Part shown: positions 1 through 20,161 of the stretch, one piece after another | Numbering within the stretch: position 1 is the first letter of the stretch | How the letters are laid out: every line of letters begins with the position of its first letter | NCBI RefSeq assembly: GCF_009914755.1 | Contig: NC_060944.1 | DNA from: the human T2T-CHM13v2.0 reference genome, Homo sapiens | Reading direction: 5' to 3' (one strand) | Length of the DNA: 64,000 bases | Translations under genes and position numbers: made by a program | The notes under the pieces: model-generated | What the model was told of the DNA's origin: nothing | What the model saw: only the letters and a program-made list of their open reading frames with translations | Database searches by the model: none

Positions 1-113
1 ACACGTGAGGGAGCAGGGAGCCCAGGAAGGCAGGCAGGGGCCAGGCCACACACAGAGCCTGTGGGCCATGGTGGGCACTTGGGAGGCCACATGTGGGTCT
101 GATCTCCTTCCAG

Positions 114-272
114 GCTGCAGATAAGCTGGGATCTACCCAGATCGTGAAGATCCTAACTCAGGACACTCCCGAGTTTTTTATAGACCAAGGCCATGCCAAG
201 GTGGCCCAACTGATCGTGCTGGAAGTGTTTCCCTCCAGTGAAGCCCTCCGCCCTTTGTTCACCCTGGGCATC
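114..272 (+). CDS. BPIFB1: BPIFB1 (LPLUNC1) internal coding exon, 159 bp
   Basis: ttccag|GCT...ATC|gtgagt; translates AADKLGSTQIVKILTQDTPEFFIDQGHAKVAQLIVLEVFPSSEALRPLFTLGI, matching the recalled BPIFB1 C-terminal BPI domain. Confidence 0.97.
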
Positions 273-1155
273 GTGAGTTCAGTTGTCTGCGATATTGGCA
301 GCAACCAGGGGGACCCTTCTGTCTACTTTTCCTGTTCGCCCTCTTGCTTTGTTAAACATTTCCACCACTCTCATCACTTAGCAGGGACAGGGGACAGGGA
401 GCTCTGAACCAAGAGCCAGGAGCTTTGTGGGTCCAATTCTAACCCTGTGACTTTCTTAGTCAGGAATCTCTGGACAGAAACTCAACTCATATGCACAAAA
501 GGAATTGTATTAGCTCCTATAACTAAAAAGTCTAGATGCTATTGACTTCGGGAATAGCTGGACCCAGGTGCTCAAACAATATCCTCTTCATTCTCCTCTC
601 TCCCACCTAGCAGCCTTGTTTTCCTCTGTGCTGCCTTCATCCTCAGGCAAGCTATTCCCTCATGGTAGTGCCCCAGGCTGCATTAGGCTCATATCCTATC
701 AGCTTGGCAATCACCGCAGGAAGAACCTATCTTTCCAATAGTTCCAGCAAACATCTCAGGGCTGACTCTCACTGAATGAGCCTGAGTCAGTTGCCCATTC
801 TTGAGCCAATCAGTGTGTCCAGAAAAATGGAATATGAAAACTTCCTGAGCTGGGCCACCTACACACTAGGGTAAGGGAGTGAGGGCTCTATGAATAGTGG
901 CTGCTTTCGTCGTCGTCATCGTCATCATTATCATTCCCCACAGCAAGCCTAGACTGTCATCTGTTAAATGGGGAGTGGAGGCAAGTACTATCTCATTTAA
1001 CAGATGAGGCAGGTGAGGCCCAGAGAGGTCAAACCCTTTGCCAAGGTCCCAGAGCCAGGAACTGAGATTCAGACCCCAGAGCCTCCCTGCATAACCCCTA
1101 ATTCCACACTCGGATCCTCTTGAGAACAATGGGGCCTGGGCTTCTCTTGTTGCAG

Positions 1156-1223
1156 GAAGCCAGCTCGGAAGCTCAGTTTTACACCAAAGGTGACCAACTT
1201 ATACTCAACTTGAATAACATCAG
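1156..1223 (+). CDS. BPIFB1: BPIFB1 coding exon, 68 bp
   Basis: ttgcag|GAA...AG|gtaaac; EASSEAQFYTKGDQLILNLNNI(S), in frame with the previous exon. Confidence 0.97.
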
Positions 1224-2043
1224 GTAAACACACAAATCATCATGAAGATTCTGCTGATGGAAATGAGTCCCGCCTGGTAACCATGGGTTTCTTTAAACAC
1301 CGACTTTGTGGCTGTCAGGTGAAGGCGGCTCCAGGGTAGGCAGGGAGGTCCTTCCGGATGCTCCTGCTGACAAGGACTGCATGTGAGGGAATGGGGAGGA
1401 AAATGAAGTAGGCCTTGCAGCAGCCACGGCACAGGCAAACCCTAGCCGCGGCCAGCCCACTCTGGACACCTCCCAGGCCGTGGCAGTGACAGTCACCCGG
1501 CACAGAAGTGCAGGGCTCCAGCTGCCTCCTGCACCCTGCCTGTTCTCCCTCCCCGCCACTTTCCTGTGGCCCCAGAGTGAGTGCAGGGGCTGCCAGCTGG
1601 AGCCTCTGGGGACAAGTCAGGCCCAGGGCTCTTTTGATCAGCCCACATAGGGCTGGGCTGTTTAATATAAATGAGTTGTGCACATATCAAATCAGACTAT
1701 CTGGCTGCCCTGTGCCCACAATCCTACATAGCAACAAACTGTCGAGCCAGGAATTGGGGCGCCCTTTGAAGGAGCTTGGGCCTCCTTGTCCACCACAGCC
1801 CTGACTCCTGAGGTTGATTTTTCTGCTCACTGGACTGCTATTTGTTTTCTGTGCCCCCTCTATGCCCCCCACCCCACCCCTGCCATTAGAATGCAAGCTC
1901 CACGACGCAAGGGCTTCATGTGGTTCACTGGAGCCCGCACTGTGCCTGGCACATAATAGGTGCTCAATAAATCGCTGTTGAATGAGTGGATGGTGAATGA
2001 GTGGGACTTCAGGGGCCGCTCTCACAGGCATCTTCCATTGCAG

Positions 2044-2089
2044 CTCTGATCGGATCCAGCTGATGAACTCTGGGATTGGCTGGTTCCAA
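2044..2089 (+). CDS. BPIFB1: BPIFB1 coding exon, 46 bp
   Basis: ttgcag|C TCT...CAA|gtaagt; (S)SDRIQLMNSGIGWFQ. Confidence 0.97.
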
Positions 2090-2419
2090 GTAAGTGTTAA
2101 CAGGTGGTGCCTGAGGGCACAGGGGGTGGCCTGGAATGGTCCACTCTCAAAACAGATATTGCCCAGGATTTGCTTCAAACAAGGTCCCCACAGAAGCACC
2201 ATGGGGGGCTGGCCGGTCTCCACCAAAGTCCAACTTCCCTCGAGTGTTTACAGAGAAGCCACCACGTGTCAGACACAGCTGAGAACACACACACGCACAC
2301 ACAAATACACTCACAGATACACACTTTCTTTCAGTGAAGTTTTGATCCTGAATTAGAACACAAGTGCCCTTGACTCACAATCTCATTCTGCACACGTAGA
2401 CGCGCCTCAGTGCCCCTAG

Positions 2420-2813
<394 letters not shown>

Positions 2814-3199
2814 GACTAATATTTTAAAACACGGAGAGTTCCACATGCAAATCAGGACTTCTGGCTTCCCTCCAGAAGTCAGAAGTTCAGGCAATGCAGG
2901 GCAAAATTCCCTCAGGGCAAATTCAGCTGCAACAGAGTGGTGGGGCCCCTGAGGATGGGGCATCCTCCAATGCACCCCAATCCCCCCATCTACCAGGCCC
3001 CAGGGGCGGCTGAGTTCATGCCCCAACCCAGCCCATCTGGTCCCTGGGAGCCCCCACAGCTCTGATCAGCAGGGGACCTGGAATTCCTACATCTCCACCA
3101 GCCACCTCACCCATGGGGAGGAGCCACACCCACGAAGAATGATGGGGGGGAACTTCAGATGCTCAACCAGGGTGACAGTGCCCCTTCTCTCTCTCACAG

Positions 3200-3263
3200 C
3201 CTGATGTTCTGAAAAACATCATCACTGAGATCATCCACTCCATCCTGCTGCCGAACCAGAATG
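3200..3263 (+). CDS. BPIFB1: BPIFB1 coding exon, 64 bp
   Basis: tcacag|CCT...AAT G|gtgcat; PDVLKNIITEIIHSILLPNQN(G). Confidence 0.96.
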
Positions 3264-4108
3264 GTGCATACCTCTGCCATCTGTGCCCCCTCTCTCCCCA
3301 GGGCTTGGCTTTACTTCCCCTGCCCTCATCTCCATGAATGGGGCCCCTTTCATTCATCTCCCAGCCATCCCTCAGAGCCTACTTCAAAATCTGCCTCCTC
3401 CCAAGAACCTTCTCAGCCCAATTCCTTTGCTAGTGCCAGAGGCTGGGCTCGTAAAGATGAACCAAGCAGTGGGCCAGACTTGCAGGGCTGGAAGGAGACA
3501 GAGGCATAAGCAGACAATGAGAGCAATGACAGAGGTGTAAGAGACAACTGGAGGCGCCTCAGCAGACCCTGTTCCCCCTCTTGCTAGTGCCTGGCCTTGG
3601 TCAAGCTGCACAATCCTTCTGAGCCTCAGTTTCTCCATCTGTAAAATGGGGACGTAGAAGTACCTTCTTCAGAGGCACAAATCAGGAGGTGCCTGGCACA
3701 GTCAGTGCCCAACACTCTAATTCAGCCCCAGGTTGAATGAGGGGTGGGAAGGGTTTGTAACCTATACAGTTCCACCTTTTTAATTTCTTTATTTTATTAG
3801 ACTGGAAAAATCTCAAAGTATAGAAACCTCTGCTGGGGATAATGGGAGCCCCTGATGGTTCTTGAGCAAGAGCGTAAGAGAATGTGAGGACTGCATTTTG
3901 TGAGGGGCCAGAAGCCAGTGCCAGAGGCAAAGGGAGGGTAGACGAGGCTGGGTCAATGCTGGGGCCAGAGAACAGGCGAGCAGAGGCAGAGGGGGCTGTC
4001 TGATCAGGCCTGCCAGGCCGGGGCTCCCCTTCAGGAACCCTGAGCCTGCCCCTGGCTGCCCAGTCTCACCCCAGGCCCATCAGTTTCTGACCACATTTGT
4101 TATTTCAG

Positions 4109-4185
4109 GCAAATTAAGATCTGGGGTCCCAGTGTCATTGGTGAAGGCCTTGGGATTCGAGGCAGCTGAGTCCTCACTGACCAAG
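4109..4185 (+). CDS. BPIFB1: BPIFB1 penultimate coding exon, 77 bp
   Basis: tttcag|GC AAA...AAG|gtgagt; (G)KLRSGVPVSLVKALGFEAAESSLTK. Confidence 0.97.
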
Positions 4186-4788
4186 GTGAGTGGGTGTGGC
4201 CCTAAACATCCTGCCCCAGGGAGGGCACAGCCACTGAGAGCCCTGGCTGGGAGGTGGGGCCTGCACTCCAACCCCAGCCTACAGGTGACCCTGGGCAAGT
4301 CCCTTCCCCTCTCAGGGCCTCACCTCCTCATCTGCAAGTGAGAAGGTTGGCTGTGCTGAGGATGGAACCCTCCTAGCCTGGGGTCAGTACACTTTTTCCA
4401 CCCCCTTGTCATTCATTCATTCATTCATTCATTCAGTAATTCACTAAATATTTTTCGAGGGTCTTCTATAGGCAAGCCATGCTTCTGAGTGCTTGAGGCC
4501 ACCGAAATGAACAAATGGAAAACACTCCCATCTTTTTCAAGCCTACCTTTTAGCAGAAGAGGCAGATACACAAGCCCTAAAGATGTAACATCAGGCTGAG
4601 TGGAGGAAGGCTGAGAAGAAAAATAAAGCAGGCTCAGGAGGAGAGAGTGATGTCAGGGAAGGGGGTGCTGTTTCAGATGGGGTGGCCAGGGAGGGCCTCT
4701 CTGAGGAGGTAACATTTGAGCCAATGCCTGAGGAGGTGAGGGGTGAGCCCTGTGGGTAGCTGGGAGAAGTGTCCCGTCAGAGGGACAG

Positions 4789-5513
<725 letters not shown>

Positions 5514-5625
5514 GATGTCAAGTGCAAAGGCCCTGAGGCAGGGATTGTTGGTGTTCCAGGAAAGATGAGGAAGGAGGCCCAGGATCTGAGGCAACATCCA
5601 AGGCAGGTAACCTCATAGGCCTGAG

Positions 5626-6186
5626 ATGCATGCATGCACACACACATATACACACACACACGCACACCTTTATACACCTATACACATACATACACACGCA
5701 CATACAAACACATACACCTTTATACACATACATACACACACACACCTTTATACACCTATACACATACATACACACGCACATACAAACACATACACCTTTA
5801 TACACATACATACACACACACACCTTTATACACCTATACACATACATACACACGCACATACAAACACATACACCTTTATACACATACATACACACACACA
5901 CCTTTATACACCTATACATATACATACACACACACATACATATTGCACACATACACACCACACACATACACACTACACACACACACATAATACACACACC
6001 ACACACATACACACTACACACACACATACACACACACATAATACACACACCACACACATACACACTACACACACACCACACACATACACACATACATACA
6101 CACACATACACAGAGACGCACACATACACATATACACACATACACACACTACACATGCACATACACATACACACACACACACACAC
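5626..6186. repeat. Compound (CA/TA)-rich minisatellite with a 78-bp unit (~3.3 copies) in the last BPIFB1 intron
   Basis: Unit cacctttatacacctatacac... restarts at 5665, 5743, 5821 and 5899; degenerate CA-rich repeats follow. Confidence 0.92.
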
Positions 6187-6905
6187 CATGTGGCCAGATG
6201 GTCTCAGCTCAAGGCCAGGATCATGTCCATCTTGTCCATGCCTCTGTCCCCGGTGCTCAGCATGGCCTGGCACACAGTAGGTGTTCAATAAATGCTTGGT
6301 GAGCAAATGACTCTCCGTGGCATCTGCTGGGGAGAGGATCTATGGCAGTGTCACCCTCGCTCCCAAATACTACCCTTAAGAAGAACAGCTCACAGTCACT
6401 GTGTGCCAGGCTCTGGGGCATCTCTCCCCCTCTAGAGTGGAGCCAAAACTTCAAGAAGGCAGGGGTTTCTGTCTGCTTTGTTCTCTGTTGTGATCAGTGG
6501 CTGCACACAGTAGGTGTTTAGTAAATGCCTGCTAACTGAGATGGACACCTTACTGTCATTAGCTCATGCAGAGGAGGGGCCCAAAGCAGGGGGTGATCAA
6601 GGCGGGTGCTAAGTGCAAATCCCACTTCTGCCACCTACTGAGTGCGTGACTTTGGAAAGGGGCTTTTGCCATCTTCAAGTCTCAGTGTCCCCATCTGCAA
6701 AATGGAGATGACATCAGGACCTGGTGTGGCATTAATGTTCACACACAGACCCTCCACCCCGACCCTTCTAAGAATTCTGTATTTGTGGGTTCAGGGTCAT
6801 GGTCCCCCGGTGCCAGCAGTCACCTTATGGAGGACAAAACCAGCATAAACCACAAGGCAAAAGGTTAAAGAAACCTGTTTTCTGACTTTTCCCCTCCAAT
6901 TCCAG

Positions 6906-6965
6906 GATGCCCTTGTGCTTACTCCAGCCTCCTTGTGGAAACCCAGCTCTCCTGTCTCCCAGTGA
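6906..6965 (+). CDS. BPIFB1: BPIFB1 terminal coding exon (3'UTR continues to ~7075)
   Basis: ttccag|GAT...CAG TGA; DALVLTPASLWKPSSPVSQ*, the recalled BPIFB1 C-terminus. Confidence 0.97.
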   Translation, partial: DALVLTPASLWKPSSPVSQ

Positions 6966-7050
6966 AGACTTGGATGGCAGCCATCAGGGAAGGCTGGGTC
7001 CCAGCTGGGAGTATGGGTGTGAGCTCTATAGACCATCCCTCTCTGCAATC

Positions 7051-7056
7051 AATAAA
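7051..7056 (+). terminator. BPIFB1: BPIFB1 polyadenylation signal AATAAA
   Basis: Canonical AATAAA 85 nt after the stop codon, followed by GT/T-rich sequence. Confidence 0.85.
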
Positions 7057-7986
7057 CACTTGCCTGTGATGCCTGCCGTCTGGAGTCTCTTTGTCCCGGC
7101 ACAGGAGTCATTTTGCCCCTGGCAGGCTTGGGGACTGGATGGCTGAGCCACACCTGGGTCATGTTCAGGCACATCTGAGCCAATCTGGGTGATGTCTGGG
7201 CCACATGTGGATGATGTCCACAGTCTTGACCACCTCCCTGTGCTTCAGGAATCAGAAAGCCAGCTCTTCCCACCTGCCTTCATGTCAGCCTCAAGACCAT
7301 CTTCAGTGGGATGGCTTTTAGGGTGGGGGACATATGTTTTGTTTATCTTGGCAGTGTGGTGGACAGAGGACTCTCTGAACAATGTGGATCTGGGGGCAGA
7401 TGAACTAGGCTTGGAGCTCTGGCTGGCCTCTTAATGCTTCTTTGACTCTGGGATGTAGTTTCCCCTCTGTGGGCCTCAGTTTCCTTCTCCGTAAAATGGG
7501 GATAGTCATTGTCTCTGCCTTGGAGGGCTTTGGTGAGGAGTAAATGAGAGAACAGTTCCAGATACATGGTAGATACTCAGACAATGTCGTCTGTGGGTGG
7601 TCATTACTGCTGTTGCCTGGCCTCTGGAGTGTTCAGCCTTATCACCAAAGTGCCATCCTGCTCAGACAGTGCATGACTGCCTTGTCTTTCTGGCCTCCCT
7701 GATGTCAGGGCGCTTGGGACAGACAATAGGGTCCCTGTTCTCCAGACCTCAGGCCTGCCCAGTACCTTCAGTTACACGAGGGCCTTGCAGGAAGGGATAG
7801 GGTAGGCATCCCAGGAAAATGCGTTGCTCATCATGAGAGCACAAACAGGCATAAGATATACAGCTCACAGCCCAGAAGGGCAGCCAGGGACATTGGCCAG
7901 GCCAAGAGGCACACAGAGGCACCAGGCCACAGCCTTGCACAAGGTGCTTACACCATTGTCAGTGACCACTTACCCAACAGCTACTG

Positions 7987-8093
7987 AGTGCCAGGGCTGT
8001 GTGGAAGTTCCCCACGCATCCCAGCTCCCAGCCAAACAGCTGCCCAGTGCCAGGGCTATGTGGAAGCTCCCCACGCATCCCAGATCCCAGCCA
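7987..8093. repeat. Two-copy tandem repeat, 59-bp period
   Basis: agtgccagggct(g/a)tgtggaag(t/c)tccccacgcatcccag(c/a)tcccagcca at 7987 and 8046. Confidence 0.85.
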
Positions 8094-8669
8094 CACTTTG
8101 GGTAGGATTTTGTTCCCCACACATCACATTCCATTATTTTTCTAAATCATATTCAATCTGCATTTGAACTCCCATTCACAAAGGAGGTGACAAAGTCCAT
8201 CTCCATCTTGCCTAGGGTTGGACTCTTCTGGCTCCCTAGGGTCATACAAGGATCTTTTGGGGGCTTCCAGGGAGCCTGGAGGATGGAGTAGCCCCTCTAG
8301 TCTGGGTCCCACCTGGTCCTGATGAAGGGATCCCTGTCCCAGTCCACGTGACCCTGTCAGAGTCAAGTAGCTCCTCCACCCCAGCCAAGCGGGGCACAGG
8401 GATCCTTCTCCAAAACAGCCCGAGCCGTATATCCTCCGCGTCCCATCACCCACACCCTCTGGGGCTTCCTGGGGGTCAGCAGATACATAACCCTGGCTTC
8501 CTCACCCTTTGGGGGAGGGAACAACTCTAGGACACCTGCTGTAGACAGGCTCCCAGCTCACCAGCGGGACTGGGCCCCAGTTGTCCATGCTGATAACCAG
8601 CGTGCTGACACAGTTTTTTTTTTTGGTGGGGGGGGTGTGGTTTGGGGTTTGGTTTGGTTTTGTATTGTT

Positions 8670-13603
<4,934 letters not shown>

Positions 13604-14051
13604 GGGGGAAGTAATACATCCTTTAACCTCTCACAATGTCATCCAACCATATTAACAGCTGTTGGGCACTCACTGCTTGCTAAGTGCTTTGCACATATTA
13701 TGGAACATATTCCTCACAACGACCTAGAATTGTCCCCATTTTACAGATGAGAAAACTGAGGCATGAAGAGGTCCTGTGACTTGCTCAGGTCCCACCCTCA
13801 GGAAGTGGCAGGGCCCAGCTTTGAAGCCAGCCCACGCTCTGGAGAAGGGCACTCCAGGCCGAGGGATCCACAAGCACAAATGTACAGTGGCAGGAAGTGC
13901 AGGCTGTGTTCGAGGACTAGCGGATCTGGAGCTGGGGGCAGAGGCAAGGGAAGGAAAGCTGGAGAGATGGTCCTAGGAGAGGCAGAGCTGGGAGATACAC
14001 AGTGACAGGGCCCCGGTGAGGACGTCAAGGCTCCCACCTCTGTGTCTGCAG

Positions 14052-14173
14052 GTCCTGGCCAAGAGAATGCTGCTGCTCTGGATGTCACTGCTTGCTGGAC
14101 GCTGCTGCCCCAGGCCCAGGGGAAGGCCCAGCACCTACTCTGCCTTCAGAGGACAAGAATCAGTGGGAAACAG
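14052..14173 (+). pseudogene. BPIFB5P: BPIFB5P signal-peptide exon (ATG at 14067), frameshifted
   Basis: ctgcag|gtcc...ATG CTG CTG CTC TGG ATG TCA CTG CTT; a shifted frame gives CWTLLPQAQG; ends DKNQWET G|gtaaat (phase 1). Confidence 0.7.
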
Positions 14174-15242
14174 GTAAATGTTAAGGGGTGAGCGTCAGAG
14201 GCATGAACTCAGGAAAGGCCAGGGGTGGGAGACGGCACCACCTCCCTGCTCAATGCTTCTCCTGTACAGGCCTCCCCCTTGCCACAGAATTCACCTTACC
14301 TCACCCAGAGCTGATCCTGTCTCTCCCCTGCTCTAACACTTGCCATGGCTCCTCAGTGCCCTCAGGAGAACCTCTGAGCCCCTTATCCTGGCATTCAAGG
14401 CCCTGCATCTCCAGCCTCTTCCACTGCCTCCTTCCCTGACCACCCCCACAGACTTCACAGCTCCCTCCTGTGCTAGGCTGTTCCTCTGGCCTGAAATGCC
14501 TTTCTCTCCTGCTCAACCTGGTGCATCTGGGCCCATGCTTGAACGCAAAGTTCTAACCACCTCCTCTGGGAATTCCTCTCGATTTCCCCAGGCAGAAGGG
14601 ATCTCTCCTTCCTCTGAGTTCCCACAGCCCTTTGGTGACGTCTCCTCTGCGGCCTTATCCAAGTGTGCTGCGCCTGCTGTCCCATCTGTCTGTAGGGCTG
14701 GCTGCCTCTGTCCCTAACTCCTGACTGAGCTGTTTGTCATCCATCCAGCCCCATCCCCGCTCGCCACGCTGCAGCCTCACTTATCTTTCTGTTTCCTACC
14801 ACGCCAGGCTCACCAGCACCTCAGGGCCTTTGCACGTTCTGTTCCCTCTGCCACCATGGCTGTCCCCGAGATCAGCCTGCATGATGGATTCCTCCACCTC
14901 ACTCAGGCCTCAGCTCAGAGGCCTCCTCCTCAGAGAGGCGCTTCCTTTTCACCCCATCAGAAACAGATCTTCACCCAGTCATGCTCCGACTCCACTGTAT
15001 TTTTTCTTTTGCACAGATCACTCTGGAATATTGCCTTGCTTGCTGATCTGAGTGCTCGGCTTTTGTCTCTCTCCCTACCAGGAAGTAAACTCCATGAGGG
15101 CAGGAGCCACACTGCTTCTGTCCCTTGAGCCCAGGAGAGAGTAAGCACTCAGTAAGTGCTGGCTGCCAAATGACTGAGTGAATTTGGTGAAAGGTTGAAT
15201 GAACAGTACAGCCCCACACTGAAGCGGGGCTTGCATCCTCGG

Positions 15243-15463
15243 ACAGTTCAGACCTGTTCTCAGAGCACTACACCCTGGACTGCATGCTCAGCCTGCCTGT
15301 GACAGGGGCCAGGAGCAAAGGTGTTGCTGTCCTGGACCACCTGCCCTTTGTAGGCAAACGCCTCTCCAAGAAGAGCAGTGGGCTGGACCTGTCGCAGGTC
15401 GGTCGGGGAACTGCTTTCAGGGAAGAGCCTCCCCCTGCTGTGGGAGCTACTCAGGGCAGGTGG
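15243..15463 (+). pseudogene. BPIFB5P: BPIFB5P exon remnant with 4-bp duplication and dead splice sites
   Basis: SSDLFSEHYTLDCMLSLPVTGARSKGVAVLDHLPFVGKRLSKKSSGLDLSQV / GELLSGKSLPLLWELLRAGG; GGTC duplicated at 15397-15404; donor reads ATAAGT; acceptor reads CGG. Confidence 0.72.
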
Positions 15464-16261
15464 ATAAGTGGAGGGCTAGGACTGCCTCTGGCCTTTCCTG
15501 GTACCCTGAGCAGCTGTGTTCTCAGCACGGTGTCTTTGGAGGTTCTCTATAGCCTGGAAAGTGCTAAGCAAGTCTACTTTTCTTGACCCTATGTCTCTCC
15601 AAGCTGCTTGAAATCTTCCTAGGAAGAAAGTAGGGTCTCAATCTGGGACCTCAGCCCGGCAGCCCTCCTGCTCCCTACACTCAGCCTACAACTGGGTTTT
15701 CTGCAAACCTACATAGGTTTTTGAAAAATATTTTTAATGAATTGCCAACATATAAAAATCAAGAAGATTTTAATCAAAATCTGGGTTTCCCAATTGTATT
15801 AGATTGTGAGGACTGCCATAACAAAGTACTATTAATACAAACTGAGCACCCTGGACAACAGAAACATATTGTCACAGGCACAGCGGCCGACATCAGTAAT
15901 CCCAGCACTTTGGGAGGCCAAGATGGGCAGATCATTTGAACCTAGGAGTTCAAAACCAGCCTGGGCAACATGATAAAACCCCATCTCCACAAAAAATACA
16001 AAAATTAGCCAGGCATGGTGACGCGTGCCTGTAGTCCCAGCTACCCTGGAATCTGAGGTGTGAGGATCACCTGAGCCCTGGAGTTCAAGGCTGCAGCAAT
16101 CCATGATTGTGACACTGCGACTCCAGCCTGGGCAACAGAGTAAGTCTCTGTCTCAAAACAAAACCTCCAGGTAAGGCAAGAGGGCTCGCACCTGTAATCC
16201 CAGCACTTCGGGAGGCCAAGGCGGGTGGATCACTTGAGATCAGGAGTTCGAGAACAGCCTA

Positions 16262-16624
<363 letters not shown>

Positions 16625-17196
16625 TCAAAAAAAAAAAAAAATCCGTGCTAAAGGCAGATATACAGCAGGGAGCCTGACCCAGAAAAGTTTTCCTCTGGCA
16701 TTTGAATTTGTTGCTGCCTCTTCCAGTGGGCACCAGATGAGTCACCAGCTTGTACCTAACGTTCAAAAAATACCTAAAACTCGGCTCCTCTCAGCTCAGG
16801 GAGGTGCTGGTAGCTGATGGTGCAGAAGGGAGCAGAGCAGATGGGTCCTGAGCAGATGGCAGAGGGCTTACCTGCCACCTTGCCTTCCCTGACTCTCGCT
16901 GGCCTGCTTCTCTTTTGCAGATGCTTACGCTCCTCTACTGTTCCCTCCCCCATTTTACAGAGGCTGACACGGAGGCCCAGAGAAGGGAAGGGACTTGCCT
17001 GGGTCGTCAAGCCTTGGAGAATGGAACTAGAGCTCAGCGTTCTACAGCTGGGCTGGGGGCAAGGGAAGGGGTTGTCCCAAAGCTGCTCCCACCCCTCCTG
17101 GGCTCTGCCCCTATTCCAGCAGATCCGGATACTCACACCCCACAGAGTCACAGAGGCCTGGCCAGGCCACACCAACATCCTCCATGCCTCTCACAG

Positions 17197-17301
17197 GTTG
17201 GTCATAGAAGACGCCAAAAGACCTGAGATCACCCTGCAAATCCTAAGTGATAGCCTGCTGCAGGTCACGTTGCGCTGCAAACTGTACCTCTCACTCCAGG
17301 A
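17197..17301 (+). pseudogene. BPIFB5P: BPIFB5P exon, 105 bp, intact frame
   Basis: tcacag|G TTG...GA|gtaagt; LVIEDAKRPEITLQILSDSLLQVTLRCKLYLSLQ, typical BPI N-domain beta strands. Confidence 0.82.
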
Positions 17302-17720
17302 GTAAGTACACACGGGCACTTCCGCATCACCCATTTGGGTGCCAGGCAGACCAACCCCTCACTGCCATGAATCAAGAGGCAGCCATGCAGGGCTAGCAAA
17401 AGTCACATGCCTCATGTCACCACACGATCCTTTCCACTTGGGCGTGTTTCAAAGCCATTTTTACTGATAAGGAAACTGAAGCACGGAGTGGGAGAAGAAC
17501 CTGCCCAGGAACACACAGTAAGTCGGTGGTGCAGGTTGGATAAAACCCTCTGACTTTCATGTCAGGGGACGTGAGCCCATCTGAGCAAATGGGCAGGACA
17601 GTGTATTAACAGGATTACCCGAGGAAGGTGTGGTTCAAGCACGCCTTGGAGTCTGGCACTCCTGGGCTGGGCAACTTGGGCAAGAGGTGTCCATTCTCTG
17701 GGCTTCGGCTTCCTCATCTA

Positions 17721-18059
<339 letters not shown>

Positions 18060-18204
18060 CTAGGCTGTTGTGAGAGTTCACCTGCAAAATTCTGAACTGC
18101 AGCTGATTGGACAGACCAGAGGTTGCAAACACAACAGCCAACAGAGGCAGTGATACAAACCAGTGTTTGCAAGTAAAACAGAAATATTCCTAAATGCCCT
18201 TTAG

Positions 18205-18595
<391 letters not shown>

Positions 18596-18967
18596 TGAGT
18601 ACAAATAAATATTTCTTTGATAGACACGTGGACACAGAGAAATATTTCTCTGCAATATGGTAAACATATCATTCCCCTTGTAGGGATAGTGCAGTAAAAA
18701 TGGAACCTGACCACTGGCCTGGTGGGGACCACAGCAAACTAGAGAGCACATGGCCCATCTCAAGGTCACCCTCAGCCCCAGATGTTTGCCACTCTGTGAG
18801 ACCAGGGGATCCAGTGTTGTCAGATCATCTGGGTTTTCCATATTTTTAATGAATCCTCCTAGTTTTTAATTTGAGCCCTTCAGGCAACGGCAGGCTATCA
18901 GCTTGTGACCTCTGGCCTCAACTTTGGGCTCCGCACTTTCATCTGCCCAAATACACTGTCCCTACAG

Positions 18968-19106
18968 GATCCCGTGGCTCAAAGTCATCAAGAGCATTCA
19001 CATTGGAGTACGGCTGGAACAGACAGGGAATACCACCAAGGTGGCTTTCGAGGAGTGAGGAGTGCCACAGCCCACCTGGACACCTGAGCACTGAGGCTCT
19101 GCAGCA
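18968..19106 (+). pseudogene. BPIFB5P: BPIFB5P exon carrying the first conserved BPI cysteine; 7-bp duplication creates TGA
   Basis: ctacag|G ATC...CA|gtgagt; [29 protein letters not shown] / [15 protein letters not shown]. Confidence 0.85.
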
Positions 19107-19942
19107 GTGAGTATGTGCCTGCTCCAAAGCTTCCACTGGGCAAGGCTGCGTGCCAGCCCTTTCTTTCTTTCTTTTTTTTTTTTTTTTGAGACTGAGTCTT
19201 GCTCTGTTGCCCAGGCTGGAGTGCAGTGGCACAATCTCGGCGCACTGGAACCTCCGCCTCCCAGGTTCAAGCAATTCTCCTGCTCAGCCTCCCAAGTAAC
19301 TGGGATTACAGGCACCCACCACCACACCTGGCTAATTTTTGTGTTTTTAGTAGAGACAGGGTTTCCCCATGTTGGCCAAGCTGCTCTCGAACCCCTGACC
19401 TCGAGTGATCTGCCCACCTCGGCCTCCCAAAGTGCCAGTATTACAGGCGTGAGCCGCCTTGCCCAGCCAGATGCCAGCCCTTTCTGCACTGATCCTTCAC
19501 TGAAACTCCGGGCTGGGACTGCCTCTCCCCAGCTAGTTGTCTGGAGTGGCCGGAGCACCGGGAACAGGGTCATCTCCAAGGCCACAGATGGTACCCATCA
19601 GCATCTCCTTCCTCCATGTCAAATGTCATTGCTAAGAGCTGAGGTTCAAGCCTCAGCTTGGACACTTCCTAACAATGGGGCCTGGCCAAGTTATTTGACC
19701 TCTAGGAGCCTCAGTTTCCTCACCAGTAAAATGGAATGGCTCACAGTACCCAACCAGCATGGCTGGTTGTGGGGGAAAAAAATGAGCTAACCCATGTGAC
19801 TCACTTAGCACAGAGCCTACCACATAAAATGGTCACGATCTATCGTTCTTATGTTTACCCAACACAAAACCTCCAAGAATCCTTCTATGACCACTGTCAG
19901 GTGTGACCTCTCCCTGCTCAGAAATTCCAGAGACCTTTATCA

Positions 19943-20161
<219 letters not shown>

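Noticed and set aside
5518-6306. Long His/Thr/Tyr-rich and Cys/Val/Met-rich ORFs (216-262 aa)
   Set aside because: Translations of the CA-rich minisatellite, open on both strands, inside an intron
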